Shown: piece by piece, positions 31,224 to 35,108 of the stretch
Position numbering within the stretch: position 1 is the stretch's first letter
Layout: the number at the start of each line of letters is the position of its first letter
From: an uncultured Pseudomonadales bacterium
GTDB taxonomy: Bacteria; Patescibacteriota; Microgenomatia; UBA1400; PJMF01
NCBI GenBank assembly: GCA_964567445.1
Contig: CAZMMR010000002.1
Location: 1-35,108, forward strand
Length of the DNA stretch: 35,108 nucleotides
Direction of reading: 5' to 3'
Translations under genes and position numbers: made by a program
Notes under the pieces: generated by a model
Told to the model about the DNA's origin: nothing
What the model saw: only the letters and a program-made list of their open reading frames with translations
The model's database searches: none

Positions 31224-32924
31224 CTAGTTGCCACACTGCCAATCATAATAACACTCATCGGCTCCCTCACCCGCCACTTTATCACAACCACTATCGCTAC
31301 ACTGATAATAGTAGCAATCATCATGAGAGTTGCACTCATTATCACCCTCTCCTTCTACTAAAGCACACATCATATCCTGGCACTGATAATGGTAAGAAGT
31401 AACACAATCCTGATGAGATTGACAATCGTCTCGTCCACGATCAGCCACCAATAAACAACTTTGATTTTGACAAGTATAGTGAGCATAACCGCGACTATAA
31501 TCTCTATTGTGCAGTTCTCCTTCTAAACGGATTGCCTTGCGATACATATCATTCCATTCTGTTAACAAACTACCTTCTGCTTGAGTTAAGGCCTGATTAT
31601 TTTCAATTTTAGGTAAAACAGTATCTACTACCGCCTGCATGCGAGCAATTAAATCTTTCAACTCTGTTAACCTGTCTTGATCAACACCAACCCCATTTTC
31701 AGACCAATAACTATCTAGTTCTTGAGTAATGTTATCCGATTGCAACCAACTCTGCCTAGCTTCTGGCGTCAAGCTGTATTGAGGATTAGCTGGTTCCTGA
31801 GTCAGAGATGGTTGCTGAAAACTGTACTTCGTTTGACCAAAATCGGAAACTGGCAACTGGAAATTTTTGCCTGTATTTATTAATTGCTCTAATTTATCCA
31901 GAGCATAGTTGCTAGTGATAGCAAAACTAAACCCTTCAGATGGCACATCAGAAGCAGACCAGGCAACTTTAGCAGTATTAATACCAACCACACCACAAGG
32001 GCTGACAAGGGGACCGCCAGAATTGCCAGGATTAATGGCGGCATCGGTCTGAATAAAGATTGGACCTTCTTGAGTTGTCACAAAGCGAGAGAAAATGCCT
32101 TTAGTAATCGATGATTCGCCCTCAGCAGAATTTGGCCAACCGACTGTATAGACCGTCTCTGCCAGCGGAATCTGAGTGCTGTCTACTAACTGGCAACTTG
32201 TTAAAGTCTGAGGACTTTTAAGCAATGCTAGATCAGCATCTTGTGAGTAATTCCAGAGTTGCAGCGGCACCTGTTGCCCTGAAATTATGGTGTCTATTTC
32301 CCTGACCTGCTCGATAACATGCTTGTTGGTTAGCAAATACTCTGAGTCAACAGCAAAACCACTACCATGACCTCCATCAGTCTTAATTATGTAAGTACAA
32401 GCCTTAGCTGCTTGCAAAGACTGCTGCTCATCACACTTAAACTGAGTGCGACCAGTATCGACGCTTTCTGTGGCAGTTTTAGTTCTACGCAACAATCTTG
32501 CCAAAGCTGTTTTAGCTGAATCTAGATTCGATATTTTTTGATTCTCATTTTTTTTCTGATTATCCTCTATATACTGTTGGCGATATATTTTAATTTGTTG
32601 TACCCAATTAGTACCAAAATAAGCAGCAGTTAAACTAGCAGTCAATAAAAATATTACCAATAAAAAACTTAAACGCCACGCTCTAAACTTAAGGGTAAAT
32701 ATAAGTAAAAACAGATAAAACAAAATCAGAAAAGCTAAAGCGGCGGTCTGAAAACGAGCGAAGATTTGCAAGACCGTCTGGACACCCAACCACTGTAGTG
32801 TCAATAGTATGACAATGGTAATAGCTAACCAAGCAAGGCAAGCTAAGATAACTTGCCTAAAAAAATAATGATCATTGTACTTTTTGATAAGCCTAGTCAA
32901 AGTAGAGAGTATTTTATTCCTCAT
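31224..32924 (-). CDS. Membrane-anchored trypsin-like serine protease (S1, HtrA-like core without PDZ) with a C-terminal triple Cys-module tail
   Basis: 566 aa with three N-terminal TM helices. Catalytic triad contexts are LLTNKHV (His), DADLALLK (Asp) and NPGNSGGPLV (Ser). The last 86 residues carry 12 Cys in three identical spacings. Confidence 0.85.
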   Translation of the reverse strand: MRNKILSTLTRLIKKYNDHYFFRQVILACLAWLAITIVILLTLQWLGVQTVLQIFARFQTAALAFLILFYLFLLIFTLKFRAWRLSFLLVIFLLTASLTAAYFGTNWVQQIKIYRQQYIEDNQKKNENQKISNLDSAKTALARLLRRTKTATESVDTGRTQFKCDEQQSLQAAKACTYIIKTDGGHGSGFAVDSEYLLTNKHVIEQVREIDTIISGQQVPLQLWNYSQDADLALLKSPQTLTSCQLVDSTQIPLAETVYTVGWPNSAEGESSITKGIFSRFVTTQEGPIFIQTDAAINPGNSGGPLVSPCGVVGINTAKVAWSASDVPSEGFSFAITSNYALDKLEQLINTGKNFQLPVSDFGQTKYSFQQPSLTQEPANPQYSLTPEARQSWLQSDNITQELDSYWSENGVGVDQDRLTELKDLIARMQAVVDTVLPKIENNQALTQAEGSLLTEWNDMYRKAIRLEGELHNRDYSRGYAHYTCQNQSCLLVADRGRDDCQSHQDCVTSYHYQCQDMMCALVEGEGDNECNSHDDCYYYQCSDSGCDKVAGEGADECYYDWQCGN

Positions 32925-32931
32925 TAAAGCA

Positions 32932-32937
32932 ATTATA
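32932..32937 (-). promoter_or_regulatory. -10 box TATAAT positioned for a leaderless protease mRNA
   Basis: The minus strand reads cttgcTATAATtgctttaATG, with 7 nt to the ATG at 32924 and no SD. Confidence 0.45.
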
Positions 32938-33147
32938 GCAAGTCTTAAGAATCAACATTAGTTGTAGAATTACTTAAAAAATTATACTTATATAGCAGTC
33001 AGGCATCTTCCGCAAACTAAAATCCGGGGTATTCTCACGGGTGAATAAAAATAAGCTTTCTGAACCACTGACAGATAAGCTTTAAATTGCCAAGAGGTAT
33101 AAAAATTGGTACATTATAAGTAACGTTGATATAAACCATTCACATTT

Positions 33148-34014
33148 ATGACAACAGACATCAAAAAAGCAGTAATAACCGCCGCTGGCTTTGGCTCCCG
33201 CTTCCTACCAATTACCAAGACTTTTCCCAAGGAATTGTTGCCGATTGTGGATAGACCAATTATCCAATATTTAGTTGAGGAGTGTGCTGAAGCCGGAATA
33301 GAGGAAGTAATTATTGTTGCTTCCCCAACCGAAGTCTCAAAATTTGAAGACTACTTTTACGGACGAGCCACCAGCATTCGAACTTTAATGATTAGACAAA
33401 ATAAGCTAGATCGCTGGGATAAAGTAGAACAAGTCTTTCAGCTACCTAAAGTAACTATTGTACCTCAAGATGAAGGCCTGCCTTATGGTAATGGTCGCCC
33501 TTTTTTAACCATTAAAGATCTGGTATCTGATGGCCCATTTGTTGCTATGTGGGGCGACGACCTTGTCTTAAGTAAGGTGAGTGCTGTGAAACAATTAATG
33601 GATGATTTTGAAAAAAATCCTTGCGACGGAATGTTAGCAGTTCAGGAAATGCCAGACAGTGAAATTAGTCGCTATGGAGTGATCAAGATAAAAGATAGGA
33701 CTAAAGACCATGTTGAAACAGTTATTGAAAAACCAGATCAAGACCAAGCCCCTTCTAATTTGGTTTCCTATGGCCGTTACATTTTAACTCCTAAGATTTT
33801 TGATTTTCTAAAACCCGATGCTACCGGTTTGGATGGTGAGTTGTGGCTACAAGATGCTAATGACAAAGTCGCCAAGCACGGTGTGGTTCGCTATAAGGTC
33901 ATTGATGGTGAGTGGATGACGACTGGTGATCCTATCCGCTACATGAAAGCCCACATTAAATTTATGATGGCCCATGAAAAATATGGGGAAGAGCTAAAAG
34001 AGTTTATTGAGTGA
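33148..34014 (+). CDS. galU: UTP--glucose-1-phosphate uridylyltransferase-like nucleotidyltransferase, copy 2 (divergent paralogue)
   Basis: It has AVITAAGFGSRFLPITKTFPKELLPIVDRPIIQY and IEKPDQDQAPSNLVSYGRYILTP. Confidence 0.85.
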   Translation: MTTDIKKAVITAAGFGSRFLPITKTFPKELLPIVDRPIIQYLVEECAEAGIEEVIIVASPTEVSKFEDYFYGRATSIRTLMIRQNKLDRWDKVEQVFQLPKVTIVPQDEGLPYGNGRPFLTIKDLVSDGPFVAMWGDDLVLSKVSAVKQLMDDFEKNPCDGMLAVQEMPDSEISRYGVIKIKDRTKDHVETVIEKPDQDQAPSNLVSYGRYILTPKIFDFLKPDATGLDGELWLQDANDKVAKHGVVRYKVIDGEWMTTGDPIRYMKAHIKFMMAHEKYGEELKEFIE

Positions 34015-34059
34015 GGCGTCTCTTAGGGTATAAATTCTGAATACCATCACTGATCAATC

Positions 34060-34094
34060 AATAGACTTATTGCGAAATAGCTATGCATCTTTAT
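34060..34094. repeat. 35-bp intergenic repeat, copy B (between the convergent galU copy 2 and the metallophosphoesterase)
   Basis: AATAGACTTATTGCGAAATAGCTATGCATCTTTAT matches 22876..22910 at 34 of 35 positions, in the same orientation. Confidence 0.9.
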
Positions 34095-34099
34095 TAGTG

Positions 34100-34774
34100 T
34101 TAATACCGCCCCTTCTCTAACCTAATCTCTCCATCTTCAATCACTAAATAACTAAATCTTCTAAACATAATAGCTCCACAATTTAAATAACGCACCTTAT
34201 GATTCACAATTGGTATATGAGTATGTCCACAGATTAAATATGGTTTACCTTGATGCTTTTGTGGCTTTTTTGTATATTTTTTAATAAATCGCCTATTATT
34301 ACGCCAACCATTAAGACTAAGTAATGAAAAGTGGAAAAACAAATCCTGCAAACCTTCAAAAATATTAACAACTTTTATAAATAATCTCACTAAAAGAAAC
34401 TGAACTAGCCTAGAATCTGCTCTTTGAAATTTAGCTAAATCTTCCCAATAATGTTGAACTTTAAATTGATATCCCCCCGATTCAAAATAGTATTCTTTTA
34501 CTTGTTTATCGCTAAAAAGATTCGCGCGTTCATCAATCAAGCTAAAAGGATCGTGGTTGCCCTCTATATAGACAGTTTTTTTATTCTTTAGTATGGGAAA
34601 CAGCCTCTGCCATTTGGAGTTAATAAAATCACCAAACTTAGTATTATAGCCATCCCAAATATCGCCATTTAAAATAACTCTATCAGCTCCTGATATTATC
34701 TTTTTTAAGATATTAAATTTGCGAACATCAAACTTTTTAGATAGATGGGTATCAGAGAAAATGACAGTTTTCAT
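34100..34774 (-). CDS. Calcineurin-like metallophosphoesterase (LpxH/YfcE-like fold)
   Basis: It carries the motifs VIFSDTHL (DxH), LNGDIWD (GDxxD), EGNHD (GNHD/E) and CGHTH (GH). Confidence 0.8.
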   Translation of the reverse strand: MKTVIFSDTHLSKKFDVRKFNILKKIISGADRVILNGDIWDGYNTKFGDFINSKWQRLFPILKNKKTVYIEGNHDPFSLIDERANLFSDKQVKEYYFESGGYQFKVQHYWEDLAKFQRADSRLVQFLLVRLFIKVVNIFEGLQDLFFHFSLLSLNGWRNNRRFIKKYTKKPQKHQGKPYLICGHTHIPIVNHKVRYLNCGAIMFRRFSYLVIEDGEIRLEKGRY

Positions 34775-35013
34775 AATGAAATATTCCTAATTAAACTACC
34801 ACAGGATTACTCTCGTGGATTTAACAAATTGCAAGCTAAAGCTTGTCCAGATTTTACAAAGTTAGAACCAGTCTCCTCCTTAAGTTTACACCTAGTGATT
34901 AAAATTCGGAATATTAAAATTAATAATTTTACAATCCACTTCTTTAATAAATTGGTAAGCAAAACTAAGATACAAGCCTATTCCTATAAGCCAATTCCAA
35001 CTACTAATGAAAC

Positions 35014-35108
35014 TTAGCGCACCGATACTACTAATATTAGCATATGATATAACACTACGTAAGTTCGCAATGGAATCCGAACACTTTGGAAATTTAATAG
35101 TTTCTCAA
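35014..35108 (-). CDS. Possible 3' end of a gene that starts beyond the window (31 codons visible)
   Basis: My own minus-strand translation gives ...EKLLNFQSVRIPLRTYVVLYHMLILVVSVR, ending at TAA (35016..35014). It is too short to judge. Confidence 0.2.
   Translation of the reverse strand, partial: EKLLNFQSVRIPLRTYVVLYHMLILVVSVR

Noticed and set aside
34745-35017. A 90-aa plus-strand track ORF upstream of the metallophosphoesterase.
   Set aside because: It begins inside the phosphoesterase gene on the opposite strand, has low-complexity AT-driven composition and no SD. The region is more likely the promoter and leader of the minus-strand gene.
1-35108. A window-wide search for CRISPR arrays, tandem repeats, IS elements, transposases, integrases, phage genes, tRNA or rRNA genes, recoded stop codons, and recognisable defence systems (restriction-modification, toxin-antitoxin, Cas, abortive infection).
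   Set aside because: I recognised none. The intergenic regions are short and were read individually. Every long ORF is intact under the standard code, so there is no sign of code 4/25 usage or of pseudogenisation.

Overview
This is an AT-rich, very gene-dense chromosomal segment of a bacterium using the standard code (long ORFs with no in-frame TGA problem). I found no rRNA, tRNA, CRISPR array, transposase or integrase.

The gene content would fit a reduced, Patescibacteria/CPR-like lineage. It includes an ADP-forming acetyl-CoA synthetase, only the last two CoA steps, many membrane-anchored hypothetical proteins, and GT-C/UbiA envelope genes. I cannot establish taxonomy from the sequence alone.

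Genes lie in alternating strand blocks:
- **1..9448 (-):** a beta-propeller exoprotein cut by the window edge and missing from the ORF track, ybeY, two hypotheticals, gltX, a membrane hypothetical, a D-Ala-D-Ala carboxypeptidase, and aspS.
- **9450..10210 (+):** a non-coding or small-ORF island.
- **10240..21552 (+):** an S9-type hydrolase, a basic membrane protein, metG, tatD, and a seven-gene envelope-glycan cluster (GT2, GT-C, small membrane protein, WecA-like, DPPR-synthase-like UbiA, GalU, HAD).
- **21556..26745 (-):** gdh, trxB, trxA, a CsoR-family repressor, and dnaG.
- **26934..27308 (+):** a MazG-like gene.
- **27323..32924 (-):** a CoA module (CoA-binding protein, CoaD-CoaE fusion, ADP-forming acetyl-CoA synthetase) and a membrane-anchored S1 protease.
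- **33148..35108:** a second galU (+), a metallophosphoesterase (-), and a partial ORF.

No obvious defence or mobile system is present. The items most worth follow-up are:
- An AspRS that lacks the GAD insertion and carries a C-terminal YbaK-type deacylase domain.
- A PPAT-DPCK fusion inside a CoA-centred cluster.
- A CsoR-family repressor whose palindromic operator fills the spacer of a near-consensus promoter ahead of trxA-trxB.
- A polyprenyl-phosphate pentose-type glycan cluster.
- A recurrent TATAAT-6/8 nt-ATG architecture implying leaderless mRNAs.
- A 35-bp intergenic repeat with a related core upstream of trxA.
- An orphan intrinsic terminator preceded by a long hairpin, suggesting an unannotated RNA.
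- A protease tail made of three exact C-x4-C-x10-C-x5-C modules.

All homology calls rest on motifs read by eye and recalled family signatures. No database search was possible.
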